A DNA stretch of 64,000 nucleotides from Candidatus Kaiserbacteria bacterium (GTDB lineage: Bacteria; Patescibacteriota; Minisyncoccia; Phycocordibacterales; UBA2100), in assembly GCA_016217925.1 (NCBI GenBank), contig JACRFK010000003.1:143656-207655 (forward strand). Reading direction: 5' to 3'. The notes under the pieces were generated by a model, which saw nothing but the letters and a program-made list of their open reading frames with translations, had not been told where the DNA came from and searched no databases. The translations under genes were made by a program, and so were the position numbers. Of the stretch, positions 16,836 through 26,182 are shown piece after piece. Numbering within the stretch: position 1 is the first letter of the stretch; each line of letters begins with the position of its first letter.

Positions 16836-17225
16836 CTATAGGCCGTCGCGTTTGTGCTCACGGTCCTGCACCTCATGCTCGTCCATGCCAAAATGATGCG
16901 CAAATTCGTGCCAAATCGTCTCAGCGACGACCTGGGCGACTGGAATCCCGTCCTCTTCGGCCGCGTCTTCGATGGGAACTTGATACAGGGTGATGGTGTC
17001 AGGCAAGGTGATACCTACACCGTATTCTTCTCCGCGTACCGAAAGTGGAATTCCTTTATAGAGTCCTAGCAGTATCTCGTCGTCATCGAGTCCCTCCGCT
17101 TCCCTGTCTTCCTGCGAAGGCTCGTCCTCGACGAGCAAGGCCACATTTTTTATTTTCTCCCGCACCCACTGCGGCAGCTTCTCGTAGCCTTCGGCGACCA
17201 GTTTTTCAAAATCTTCCCGATTCAT
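16836..17225 (-). CDS. Zincin-like metallopeptidase family protein with HExxHH motif
   Basis: 129 aa. Acidic N-terminal half and C-terminal TIWHEFAHHFGMDEHEV. Confidence 0.6.
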   Translation of the reverse strand: MNREDFEKLVAEGYEKLPQWVREKIKNVALLVEDEPSQEDREAEGLDDDEILLGLYKGIPLSVRGEEYGVGITLPDTITLYQVPIEDAAEEDGIPVAQVVAETIWHEFAHHFGMDEHEVQDREHKRDGL

Positions 17226-17332
17226 TTACGAACTATATCAAAAACTAAGAGAGCCGGGGCATTCGCGCCTCGGCCCTCCACTTTTGGTTTTGGTCTCAAG
17301 GTGACCATGACCTTCGAGGATGCCGTCGGCAA

Positions 17333-17677
17333 TTACGAGCCGAAGAATCTCCGCCACAGCGCGAGCTCGTCGGCAACCGGTTCTTGGAATTTCCATGCCC
17401 GGTCAGCGTACATCGCAAGCGTCGTCAGCTTGCCACCTTTCTCGTAAACCGCGAAGGTTCCGCGATTGACGTCGTCCCACCGAAGGTTGCCGTGGTAGTG
17501 GACCGTCTTCGCATTTGTGTTGACGCGCACGAGTTGGTCTTTGCCGGCAACTTGGGCTTGGACGAAGCGGACGCTGTTGTCGGCCTGTGGAGCTGGTAAG
17601 ACGGCCTTCAGACCGCCAAGGCCAAACAGGACCGCGACCAACATGAACATTGGACTCGTGAATAACCTGCGGAACAT
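17333..17677 (-). CDS. Hypothetical secreted protein
   Basis: Signal peptide MFRRLFTSPMFMLVAVLFGLGGLKA. No recognisable domain. Confidence 0.45.
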   Translation of the reverse strand: MFRRLFTSPMFMLVAVLFGLGGLKAVLPAPQADNSVRFVQAQVAGKDQLVRVNTNAKTVHYHGNLRWDDVNRGTFAVYEKGGKLTTLAMYADRAWKFQEPVADELALWRRFFGS

Positions 17678-17772
17678 GGATATCCTCCTCTCGTTCCAGT
17701 AGCGGGCCTCCCCGCTACATGCGGCGAATATACAGGGAATTGAGAGAATATTCAAACTCAAAAAATCCCTCG

Positions 17773-18303
17773 CTATTGCTTCACCAGCTCCGCAAAGCGC
17801 TTTTTTACTTTCTCGATTTTGGGCTCGATGATGAGTTGGCAGTATGGGGCGCTTGTGTTCGATTTGTAGTAGTCCTGATGATAGGACTCTGCGGGAAAGA
17901 ATTTCTTGAGCGGTAAAATCTCTGTTACAACACGGCTGCCGTCCTTCAGGCTTTCTTGTATTTCTTGAATCTTGGCTCGTGCCTCTTGTTTCTCATTTTC
18001 GTCCCCAACGAAAATGATTGAGCGGTACTGTTCTCCCACGTCCGCGCCCTGCCTGTTGGGCGTCGTCGGGTCGTGCGAGCCGAAAAATACGGTGAGCAAG
18101 TCTTCGTATGAAATCACTGCAGGGTCGTAGGTGACGCGAATGACTTCCGCGTGTCCGGTATTCCCGCTCGAAACCGCCTCGTACGACGGATTATCCATTT
18201 TGCCGCCGGCGTATCCTGATTCTACTTTCGACACCCCCTTCAGCATTTGAAAAATCGCCTCCGTACACCAGAAGCAACCCCCTCCGAAAACAGCTGTACT
18301 CAT
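17773..18303 (-). CDS. msrA: Peptide methionine sulfoxide reductase A
   Basis: GCFWC active-site motif: AVFGGGCFWCTEAIFQ. Confidence 0.9.
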   Translation of the reverse strand: MSTAVFGGGCFWCTEAIFQMLKGVSKVESGYAGGKMDNPSYEAVSSGNTGHAEVIRVTYDPAVISYEDLLTVFFGSHDPTTPNRQGADVGEQYRSIIFVGDENEKQEARAKIQEIQESLKDGSRVVTEILPLKKFFPAESYHQDYYKSNTSAPYCQLIIEPKIEKVKKRFAELVKQ

Positions 18304-18322
18304 AGTGCTATTCTAGCAAAAA

Positions 18323-18352
18323 TTGAAGTTAAGGGGCGTTTCGCGCTATAGT
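18323..18352 (+). promoter_or_regulatory. Sigma70-like promoter TTGAAG-18-TATAGT for qor
   Basis: Lies in the 66-nt divergent gap between msrA and qor. Confidence 0.45.
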
Positions 18353-18369
18353 ACGATGGTTAATCCATC

Positions 18370-19371
18370 ATGACAAAAGCCATCCGCATCCACGAGAACG
18401 GCGGGCCGGAGGTGCTGCGCTTCGAGGACTACGAGGTGCTGCCGCCGGGTCCTGGAGAAGCCCGCGTGCGTCAGACCGCAATCGGCATCAACTTTTCCGA
18501 CATCAACGTGCGTCGCGGCGGTTTCTACACAGCACGGCCGGCGCAATTTCCCCTAATCCTCGGCAACGAGGCCGCCGGCGTGGTCACTAGCGTAGGACCG
18601 GGCGTGACCGGTGTCACGCCCGGCGACCGCGTCGCCTATGCGGGCATGACGGCCGAATTTTTCGAGCGCACCGGTGCCTATGCGGAGGAGCGCAACGTCC
18701 CTGCCGAGCGGCTCCTCAAACTGCCGGCGACGCTGTCGGATCAGCAGGCTGCCGGCATGATGGCAAAAGGCTTCACGGCCTCCCTCATCATCAATCACGT
18801 CTACCGGCCGAAGGTAGGCGACACCATCTTGATCCACGCGGCGGCCTCGGGCGTCGGCCTTGTCCTTACACAGTGGGCAAAGTATCTCGGCGCAAGCGTC
18901 ATCGGCACGGTCGGCTCGTCTGAAAAGGCCCGGATCGCCAAGGCGCACGGCTGCGACCACACGGTTCTCTATCGCGAGGTGGATTTCGTCGACGCCGTGA
19001 AGGACATCGCGCCGCCAGGCGTCGCGGCGGTGTTCGACGGCGTCGGTAAGGACACGTTCGTGTCCTCCTTACGATGCGTGCGGCCCTTCGGCATGCTCGT
19101 AAACTACGGCAATGCGTCGGGGCGGGTGCCACCGATAGATCTTCTCAAACTCTCCGAAGGCGGCTCGCTCTCGGTCTGCCGCCCGGCACTGAGTACGCTC
19201 ACCGGCAATGTCGCACTCATGCGTGCGGCGGCGGCGGAACTGTTCGATCTCGTCGGCCGCGGCGTCTTCAGGATCAGAATCAGCGGCACTTATGCGCTGC
19301 GGGATGCCGCGGCGGCGCATCGTGACATCGAAGCACGGGCACATGCGGGCTCGGTGCTGCTGTTGCCGTGA
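18370..19371 (+). CDS. qor: NADPH:quinone oxidoreductase, zinc-type alcohol dehydrogenase (MDR) family
   Basis: GroES-like domain plus Rossmann fold (AAASGVGLVLTQWAKYLGASVIGTVGS). By eye about 66% GC with strongly GC-rich third positions, unlike its neighbours. Confidence 0.85.
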   Translation: MTKAIRIHENGGPEVLRFEDYEVLPPGPGEARVRQTAIGINFSDINVRRGGFYTARPAQFPLILGNEAAGVVTSVGPGVTGVTPGDRVAYAGMTAEFFERTGAYAEERNVPAERLLKLPATLSDQQAAGMMAKGFTASLIINHVYRPKVGDTILIHAAASGVGLVLTQWAKYLGASVIGTVGSSEKARIAKAHGCDHTVLYREVDFVDAVKDIAPPGVAAVFDGVGKDTFVSSLRCVRPFGMLVNYGNASGRVPPIDLLKLSEGGSLSVCRPALSTLTGNVALMRAAAAELFDLVGRGVFRIRISGTYALRDAAAAHRDIEARAHAGSVLLLP

Positions 19372-19417
19372 AGCGGCGGCGTCACCGGAGCGCTGGTTCA
19401 TTTCGCTATCGCCGTGT

Positions 19418-20875
19418 CTATTGCTTAGGCCGCATAAGCGGGAATATCTGCGCTTCGTGGGCGGGGCGGTTCTCGAGGAACGAAAAGAGGCGCTCGGAGA
19501 CGCCGAAGCCGAAAGCCGGCGGCATGCCGTGTTCCATCGCACGAATGTACTCTTCATCGAGCCGTTGCGCTTCATCATCGCCGGCGTCGCGCAGTGCCTG
19601 CTGCTCTTCGAATCGCGCCCGCTGGTCTAGTGGATCGTTCAATTCGCTGTATCCATTGCCCACTTCACTCCCCGCAATGATTATCTGAACGCGGTCCGCT
19701 TTCTCAGGGTCTTTTACCATCTGTTTTGCAAGTGGCGAAAGATAGACGGGCACGCCTCTCAAAAATGCCGGGCCGGCGATTCCTTTACGTATCTTCTTCC
19801 ACAGATGGTCTATCGCGCGTGCTTTATTGGGTGATTGGCCGAAGGTAACGCCCACGTTCTTCGCGGCCTCTATTGCCTCGTCCTCGGTGCATGAAATGGC
19901 GTCAATACCGAATTCCTTTTGAATCGCGGTACAAAAATCTATCTCCGGCCATTCCTCGGCAAAATCGACAGTGTGCTCGCCTATCTCGAAGGTATAGCGT
20001 CCGTATGTTTCTTTGACGATGTGGCGGTATAACTCCTGTAAAAACTTCATTCCCAATCTCGCATCAGCGAAAGCCTCGTAGCTCTCAAGCTGGGTGTAAT
20101 CTTGCAAATGCTCCCGCGATTGTCCCTCATTGCGGAATACCCGCCCTATTTCGAAGACTTTCGGGAAGCCCGCTATGAGCAATTCCTTTTGCCACAGCTC
20201 CCCTGCGCAAATCCGCATGTACACGTCAATATCGAGTGCGTGGTGGTGGGTTTTGAAGGGCCGAGCATCAGCGCCACCGGGAGTCGTCTCGAGCACGGGT
20301 GTTTCTACTTCGAGGAAGCCCCGCGAAAGATAGAAATCGCGCGCCGACTGCCAGAATTTCGCGCGTCGAATGAACATCTTGCGCACCTCCTCATTGAGCA
20401 ATATATCGAGGTACCGCTGCCGTAAGATGAGCTCTTCATCTTTGAGACCAAAATGCTCTGTAGGTATCGGTAGCAAGGATTTCGCGAGCATTCGCCATTT
20501 CTGCACCTTCAGCGAACGTTCTCCGCGTTTTGTCTTGAACATCGTTCCGGAGGCTTCGATAAAATCACCGGCGTCCACGGTCATCGCGAAGAGGTCGAAT
20601 ACCTTTTCATCAATATCCGCCTTTTGCAGTACGAGCTGCATGCGACCGGTACCATCAAAAATATCGGCGAACATGATGCCGCCCTGTCCTCGCAGTGACA
20701 TAACGCGTCCTCCCAGGTGGACTTTGTGCGTACTTTTTTCTAGCTCGTCAAATTGAGCGATGAGATCGGCGTTGCTTGTGTCGCGGTGTGAATCCGAGGG
20801 GTACGCTTCCATCTCGGCCGCTTTCAGGATGTCGAGTTTTTTCAGCCGCTCGGCACGGATATCTTGCTCGCTCAT
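19418..20875 (-). CDS. lysS: Lysine--tRNA ligase, class II
   Basis: OB-fold anticodon-binding domain plus class II motifs (FRNEGQSREH..., GGADARPF). The start MSEQDIRAE at 20875 overlaps the uORF stop as ATGA. Confidence 0.9.
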   Translation of the reverse strand: MSEQDIRAERLKKLDILKAAEMEAYPSDSHRDTSNADLIAQFDELEKSTHKVHLGGRVMSLRGQGGIMFADIFDGTGRMQLVLQKADIDEKVFDLFAMTVDAGDFIEASGTMFKTKRGERSLKVQKWRMLAKSLLPIPTEHFGLKDEELILRQRYLDILLNEEVRKMFIRRAKFWQSARDFYLSRGFLEVETPVLETTPGGADARPFKTHHHALDIDVYMRICAGELWQKELLIAGFPKVFEIGRVFRNEGQSREHLQDYTQLESYEAFADARLGMKFLQELYRHIVKETYGRYTFEIGEHTVDFAEEWPEIDFCTAIQKEFGIDAISCTEDEAIEAAKNVGVTFGQSPNKARAIDHLWKKIRKGIAGPAFLRGVPVYLSPLAKQMVKDPEKADRVQIIIAGSEVGNGYSELNDPLDQRARFEEQQALRDAGDDEAQRLDEEYIRAMEHGMPPAFGFGVSERLFSFLENRPAHEAQIFPLMRPKQ

Positions 20876-20976
20876 CCCGCTATTTCTATATGAATAAAGG
20901 AGATATGTAAGCAAAGTTCACCGCAGTCCATATTGGTGCAAGCGAGAAGTAATCGTTCTGAAAGGGCGGGACTCAT
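20872..20976 (-). promoter_or_regulatory. Inverted-repeat leader module with 34-aa uORF MSPALSERLLLACTNMDCGELCLHISFIHIEIAG, copy A
   Basis: Arms are catcccgctatttctata at 20873-20890 and gaaagggcgggactcat at 20960-20976. The uORF TGA overlaps the lysS ATG. Copies B and C are at 31864-31959 and 43339-43404. Confidence 0.55.
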
Positions 20977-21018
20977 GATGTCTTAATACTAGCAAATTTC
21001 CGACACAATGCAGAGCGG

Positions 21019-21222
21019 TCAATTACTGATCTCTACTTGGTGAGTGGGCGCGGTGGCGCGCGTCAGAGTGACGCCGATGCCGAGAGCCGGTAGGAACGCA
21101 AGCAGGACGAGAATGGTGATGAGAATATTCGCGGTCTCATCGGAATCGAGCAGGTACTCCGATATCTGGATCATTTTACTGAGGACCCACGGTTTCGTAT
21201 TGTCAGGTTCAGTCTCTTCCAC
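21019..21222 (-). CDS. Small hypothetical membrane protein, 67 aa
   Basis: Single TM helix ILITILVLLAFLPALGIGV. Lies immediately downstream of the RND pump on the same strand. Confidence 0.3.
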   Translation of the reverse strand: MEETEPDNTKPWVLSKMIQISEYLLDSDETANILITILVLLAFLPALGIGVTLTRATAPTHQVEISN

Positions 21223-21270
21223 CGAAAAAGAATACCAAACGCCGCTTCGAATGCACGCTCTTGGTGTTGA

Positions 21271-24200
21271 TTACCGCTTTACGTCGGGCGGCAGAGCGCC
21301 GGGCCATCGGTACACAAGGACGGGAATGAGTATCAGCGTGAGTATCATGGCGAATGAAAGCCCGAAAAGTATCGCCAAAGCGAGCGGTCCGAAAAGCCCT
21401 GATGCGAAGATGAGCGGCACCATGCCTATCACTGTCGTTATCGTCGTGAGGAAAATGGGGCGTAAGCGTGTGGTCGCTGCTTCGGTGAGAATATCGATGA
21501 ATTGCTTCCCTGCTCCCCGTTTCAAACGCTGAATGATGGCGTCCATGAGAATGATGGCATGGTTGATGATGACGCCGGCAAGCGCAATAACGCCCATGAC
21601 CGACGGGAACGAGAGTGGTTGGAGCGTAAGAGCAAGGCCCCCGAAAACACCAATGAGCGAGAGGGGCACAAGGAGTAGAAGGAAGCCGGCAAACCGGAAC
21701 GAATCGAATGCGAGTACCAATATCACGAAGGTAAGTACTATCCCCGCGATGAGCGCGTATCCCATCTCCATGAATGATTTGTTCGTCTCCTCGTTCTCGC
21801 CCCCCACCGACATACGGACACCTTCATCCATATCCGCCTCTGTGAATGCTTTGTTGAAAGCGGCAAGTACTTCGGCGGTACTGTGACCTGGAAGCACGTC
21901 AGAGGTGAGTGTAGCGACGCGTTCCCTATTTTCGTGGGTAATAGATGTGTTGCTTTGTGCGATGGATTCAGAGACGAGCGAGCCCAAGAGGACCGTCCGC
22001 CCCGTGGACGTGATAAGCGGTACCTGACGCAGACTGCTGAGCGAGGTGTAGGACGATTCGTGCGGGTCGGTCGTATTGGGATTGAGATTGAGGGAAACCA
22101 CGATGTCCACGTTCTTCTCTCCTCCCGTGAGAGAGGTGGCGGTCACACCGGAAACCGCCGTGCGTAAGGTAGAGGCGATCGCCGCGGGGGAGAGTCCGAC
22201 GAAAGCAAGTTTGCCGCGGTCGATGGAAAGGACGAATTGTGTACTGTCGTATTTGTTCGATGAATTCACCGCGGTCACACCCGGTGTTTGCTCCAATACT
22301 TTGCGCGCCTTTACGAGTGTGTTGTTGAGCGCGGTACGGTCTTTGCCGAGGAATTTGATGAGGACCGCGGCGCCGACCGGTGGCCCGCCCGAGGGTTCGC
22401 CCGCGCGGATCTCTGCGATGTGGATGTCCGCGAGCGTACTTTTTACGTCGGCGAGTATTTCGGTCGAGGTCTGTGCGCGGTCTTTGACGAGATTGATGGT
22501 GATATTTGCGAACCGCGAGTCCGCCGACACGAACCCGTCCGAACTGGAGAACGGGCTGAGTGTGCCGACCGTTGTGATGAGCGAGGAAAAACGCGGATCA
22601 TCGAATAGCTTGTCTTCCACGGCGCGTGCGGCCAAGTCCGTACGACTGAGGTCGGTCCCCTGTGGCATTTCCATGTCTACGTACAAGAATTCGCCGTCGG
22701 CTTGCGGAAAGAAAGATACGCCCAAGATACCGACTACGGGGAGCGCAAGCGCTACGATGAATCCGGCGAGCATGACCGCAAGAAAGCGGTTTTGCCCGCG
22801 GCGATCTTGGAGGAATGCCTTGAGATGGCTTGCGTACCACTCCCGCGCACGCTGCGCGTATTCTTCTTGGCGCTTCATAAGCGCGGATTCTTCCTTGGCC
22901 GCCATCATATTCGCAATCGTCGGCACGAGGCCTAGCGCAACGAAGATCGATGCGAGCAAGACGAATACGAGCGTGAACGGGATCGAAGCGATGAATTTGC
23001 CGACGATGCCGGAAATGAAGAAGAGCGGTACAAAGAACGCGACCGTTGCGATGGTACCGCCCATAAGCGGCCAGGCGTACTCGCGAAGAGCTTCGAGCGC
23101 GGCACGCCGCTTGTCGCCATAGATGCGCGTGCGTGTATGAATAGCTTCAACGATGACAATGCCTGAGTCGACAAGAATGCCGATAGCGAGGATGAGCGAG
23201 AAGAGCGAAACGATGTTGAGCGTGTTGCCGCTGTAGAGCAATCCGATGAACGCCATGAGGAAAGAGAGCGGAATGGAAAGGCCCGCGACGACCGCCTCGC
23301 GCCATCCTATTGTGATGAAAAGCGCAAGCATGACGAGGGCCACGGTCTCAAGGCCCGTTTGCGTTAGTTCTGAAAGATTCTTTTGCACTTCATCGCCCGC
23401 GTCGTATGAAACGACGACGTCGCTTCCTTGCAGTATCCCCTTTTGGAGGTCCGCGAGCTTACCTTTCACTGCCTTCGTAACAGTGGTGATGTCATACCCG
23501 CGCACCTTCAATACGCCCAAAGTCATGGCTTGTCTTGCGGGTGCGCTGCCCACGGAAATACGTGAATACGATGTGGCCTTCTGTACCCCGTCCGAGACAT
23601 TTGCAATATCTCGCATATAGATCACTTGCCCTCCGACATTGAGAATGGCGACGCTTCCGATATCCTCGACCGTGTCGAGGCTTCCCCTGAACGCGACGGC
23701 GTAAGAAATGTCGTCGACCGTGATCGAGCCTACGGGCAGCGAGGCGTTCGCAGCGGCAATGGCTCCCACTACTTGAGGGAGTGAGATGCCGAGGCGAGCG
23801 ATCTCTTCTTTACGCACAACGACTTGTATCTCGCGATCGCGTACGCCCGAGACCTCTACACGCGATACGCCCTTCACGGTCTGGATTTCGCGCTTCACTT
23901 CTTCTGCAAGCGCCGCAAATTGAGCCGGCGGGAGGTCGGCGCTTACCGATATGAGCTGTATTGGCTGGTCGACGAAATTTACTTCGGTCACTACCGGGGT
24001 CTTTGCTTCAGCCGGTAGGTCAGCCACCGCTTTGTCCACCTCGTCCTTCAGTTTTTGTATGGACCGCTGTATATCGGCTGAGGCGTTGAATTCTGCCACG
24101 ACGACTGAGATGCTTTCCCGAGACGACGAGGTGAGCTTATGCAAGTCTGGAAGATTCGCGAGATGCTCTTCTATTTTGTTGGTAACGAGCCGTTCGACAT

Positions 24201-24375
24201 CTTCCGGCGACGCTCCTGGAAGGACCACTGTGACACCGCCTACTGGTATCTGTACCTCAGGTGTTGATTCCCTTGTCATCGAAAGCATCGCCGCACCGCC
24301 AACGATAACGAGCCCTGTTATGACGAGAAGGGTGAATTGCCGCTTTTCTATAAAAAACCTCCAGAGCGGTACCAT
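21271..24375 (-). CDS. RND efflux transporter permease, AcrB/HAE family
   Basis: 1034 aa with 12 TM helices and two large periplasmic loops. Typical AcrB N-terminus. Confidence 0.9.
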   Translation of the reverse strand: MVPLWRFFIEKRQFTLLVITGLVIVGGAAMLSMTRESTPEVQIPVGGVTVVLPGASPEDVERLVTNKIEEHLANLPDLHKLTSSSRESISVVVAEFNASADIQRSIQKLKDEVDKAVADLPAEAKTPVVTEVNFVDQPIQLISVSADLPPAQFAALAEEVKREIQTVKGVSRVEVSGVRDREIQVVVRKEEIARLGISLPQVVGAIAAANASLPVGSITVDDISYAVAFRGSLDTVEDIGSVAILNVGGQVIYMRDIANVSDGVQKATSYSRISVGSAPARQAMTLGVLKVRGYDITTVTKAVKGKLADLQKGILQGSDVVVSYDAGDEVQKNLSELTQTGLETVALVMLALFITIGWREAVVAGLSIPLSFLMAFIGLLYSGNTLNIVSLFSLILAIGILVDSGIVIVEAIHTRTRIYGDKRRAALEALREYAWPLMGGTIATVAFFVPLFFISGIVGKFIASIPFTLVFVLLASIFVALGLVPTIANMMAAKEESALMKRQEEYAQRAREWYASHLKAFLQDRRGQNRFLAVMLAGFIVALALPVVGILGVSFFPQADGEFLYVDMEMPQGTDLSRTDLAARAVEDKLFDDPRFSSLITTVGTLSPFSSSDGFVSADSRFANITINLVKDRAQTSTEILADVKSTLADIHIAEIRAGEPSGGPPVGAAVLIKFLGKDRTALNNTLVKARKVLEQTPGVTAVNSSNKYDSTQFVLSIDRGKLAFVGLSPAAIASTLRTAVSGVTATSLTGGEKNVDIVVSLNLNPNTTDPHESSYTSLSSLRQVPLITSTGRTVLLGSLVSESIAQSNTSITHENRERVATLTSDVLPGHSTAEVLAAFNKAFTEADMDEGVRMSVGGENEETNKSFMEMGYALIAGIVLTFVILVLAFDSFRFAGFLLLLVPLSLIGVFGGLALTLQPLSFPSVMGVIALAGVIINHAIILMDAIIQRLKRGAGKQFIDILTEAATTRLRPIFLTTITTVIGMVPLIFASGLFGPLALAILFGLSFAMILTLILIPVLVYRWPGALPPDVKR

Positions 24376-24378
24376 GAG

Positions 24379-26073
24379 CTATGTTCCTCCCGAAGAGGAG
24401 CCGCCTTCGGCGGAGACTTCCACGTTTTCCCCCTCGCGCAAACCTCGCGCGTCGACGACGATACGCATATCAGGAGTAAGCCCGCCGGAGATGACGACGC
24501 GCTCGCCAAGCAGTGCTCCGAGCTTGACCTCATGTGCCGTAAGGACGCCGTTATCAAGAGTGAAAACGACGGAGCGTTCTGATTCGACCTTAACGGCTGA
24601 TATCGGTATCGTGATCCGAGCCGTGGTAGGTGAAGTACCCACCGAGGCACGAGCTATCGTCACCAGCACCGACTGCCCGTTGGTGAGGTCGCGAGCATTG
24701 CTAACGCTTATGCGTACCTCTATTTTTTTCGTGAGAGGATCCAGCGCAGGTGCTAGGCGCGTAACCACTCCCGTGGCCCCATCCATCGTTACCCTTTGCC
24801 CGACCGTTATGTCACGGGCGTCATTTTCTGTGACGTACGCCAGCACTTCCAATGAACCGTTGTTCGCGACCGTGAGAACGGGCGTGGTCATTTGTACATA
24901 ATCACCGCGCTTGAGAGAAAACGAGTTGATCGTCCCCGATATCGGTGCGCGTATGATGGATTTCTCAAGGTTCGCTCGTGCGGCAGCAAGGCCTCCTTGG
25001 GTTTGTTTTAGAGCGGCCCGCGCACTCGCCACATCTTCAGCCTGACCTCCGCTTATACCTTGTTCGAGATTCTTTCGTGCCACGCTGAGGGCGGCTTCCG
25101 CGGAAACAAGACCCTGCGCGGTAACTGAAAGACTCGAAAGCGTCGTCGTGAGGCTCGACCGGGCGGCAGTTGTCTCGGCGAGATATGTTGCGAGCAGAGT
25201 CGTGGAAATGGATGGCGTCGGGATCCCTTTGTTGAGCGCGTCCACGACGACATCGAGGAAATTGCGGACTTCGCGAACTTCCGATTGCGTAGTCGTGACC
25301 TCTTGCGCAAGATCGGAGTGTATTGATAGGACACTCGAGATAGACGACTCTCGCGCCAGATATTGTGTTATGGCGTCGCGCATGCGTTCTGCTTTGGTCG
25401 TCAAGCTCGAATCGGTAGACACTATGTTGAATACGGCTCCATTAAATCCTGGATTGGTGAACATCTTGTCGGTCGTGCCGCGTACAGCACTGTTTATGCT
25501 TGCGTGAGCCGAGAGGATAGCCGACACCGCTCCTGCACGTGCAGCAGTGAGTGCGGCATCTGCGTTGACAACGTTCGCTTCGAGGATCGCGCGTTGTTCC
25601 GGACGCACTCCCCCTTGAACCTTCCCAAGGTTCGCTTCTGCTCCCTCCACCAAGCCGACCGCAGAAAGTACGGCAGCACGTTCGGATGCGTTCTCAATTT
25701 CCGCCACGATAGTCCCCGCAGTAACGGTGTCCCCGAGTGTACCGGAAACCCGAACTACCTGACCGGATTTCTCTGCACGCACGGTCGCTTCTGATACCGA
25801 ACTTACCTGACCGATTATAGAAAGGGGTGACGTGTCTGCAGATAGTTCAGCGACGGTCTTCACGGTGACGACTTTCAGAGAGGTGGCCGGTAGCTCATCA
25901 ACACGTGTTCGTTGTAATAGCACAAGTGTTACAACGGCTCCTATAATAACGACCGCCGCCAAAGCGCCTTTTTTCCACCCGATTTTAGCGAGCCAGCTAT
26001 CAGCCCGCAAACTTGAGCGGATGAATAAAACGGCTCTAATTATGAGCATTTCCGGATGCATAAGAGAGCGCAC
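24379..26073 (-). CDS. RND efflux periplasmic adaptor (membrane fusion protein)
   Basis: N-terminal TM anchor, long coiled-coil region, lipoyl and beta-barrel domains. Lies directly upstream of the permease. Confidence 0.8.
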   Translation of the reverse strand: MRSLMHPEMLIIRAVLFIRSSLRADSWLAKIGWKKGALAAVVIIGAVVTLVLLQRTRVDELPATSLKVVTVKTVAELSADTSPLSIIGQVSSVSEATVRAEKSGQVVRVSGTLGDTVTAGTIVAEIENASERAAVLSAVGLVEGAEANLGKVQGGVRPEQRAILEANVVNADAALTAARAGAVSAILSAHASINSAVRGTTDKMFTNPGFNGAVFNIVSTDSSLTTKAERMRDAITQYLARESSISSVLSIHSDLAQEVTTTQSEVREVRNFLDVVVDALNKGIPTPSISTTLLATYLAETTAARSSLTTTLSSLSVTAQGLVSAEAALSVARKNLEQGISGGQAEDVASARAALKQTQGGLAAARANLEKSIIRAPISGTINSFSLKRGDYVQMTTPVLTVANNGSLEVLAYVTENDARDITVGQRVTMDGATGVVTRLAPALDPLTKKIEVRISVSNARDLTNGQSVLVTIARASVGTSPTTARITIPISAVKVESERSVVFTLDNGVLTAHEVKLGALLGERVVISGGLTPDMRIVVDARGLREGENVEVSAEGGSSSGGT

Positions 26074-26129
26074 CCTACACTATTTGCATGCCTATGTCAA
26101 TTCTTTTTGGGTTTATAGAAAAGTAAATC

Positions 26130-26160
26130 ACACCCGCGCGGTTGCCCGCGCGGGTGCATG
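26130..26160 (-). terminator. Hairpin terminator after ilvD: cacccgcgcgg-ttgc-ccgcgcgggtg
   Basis: 11-bp GC stem followed on the minus strand by tgatttacttttct. Confidence 0.4.
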
Positions 26161-26182
26161 AGTAGAAGCCGACTGCCGGCTT

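Noticed and set aside
19372-19417. Intrinsic terminator between convergent qor and lysS
   Set aside because: Only weak 4-5 bp complementarity (ccgtga / tcaccgg) and no T-run. Not supportable.
22076-24901. Several long plus-strand ORFs (22076-23122, 23951-24901) opposite the RND pump genes
   Set aside because: They are antisense shadows of the AcrB-like and MFP genes, with Ser/Arg/Ala-rich low-complexity translations.
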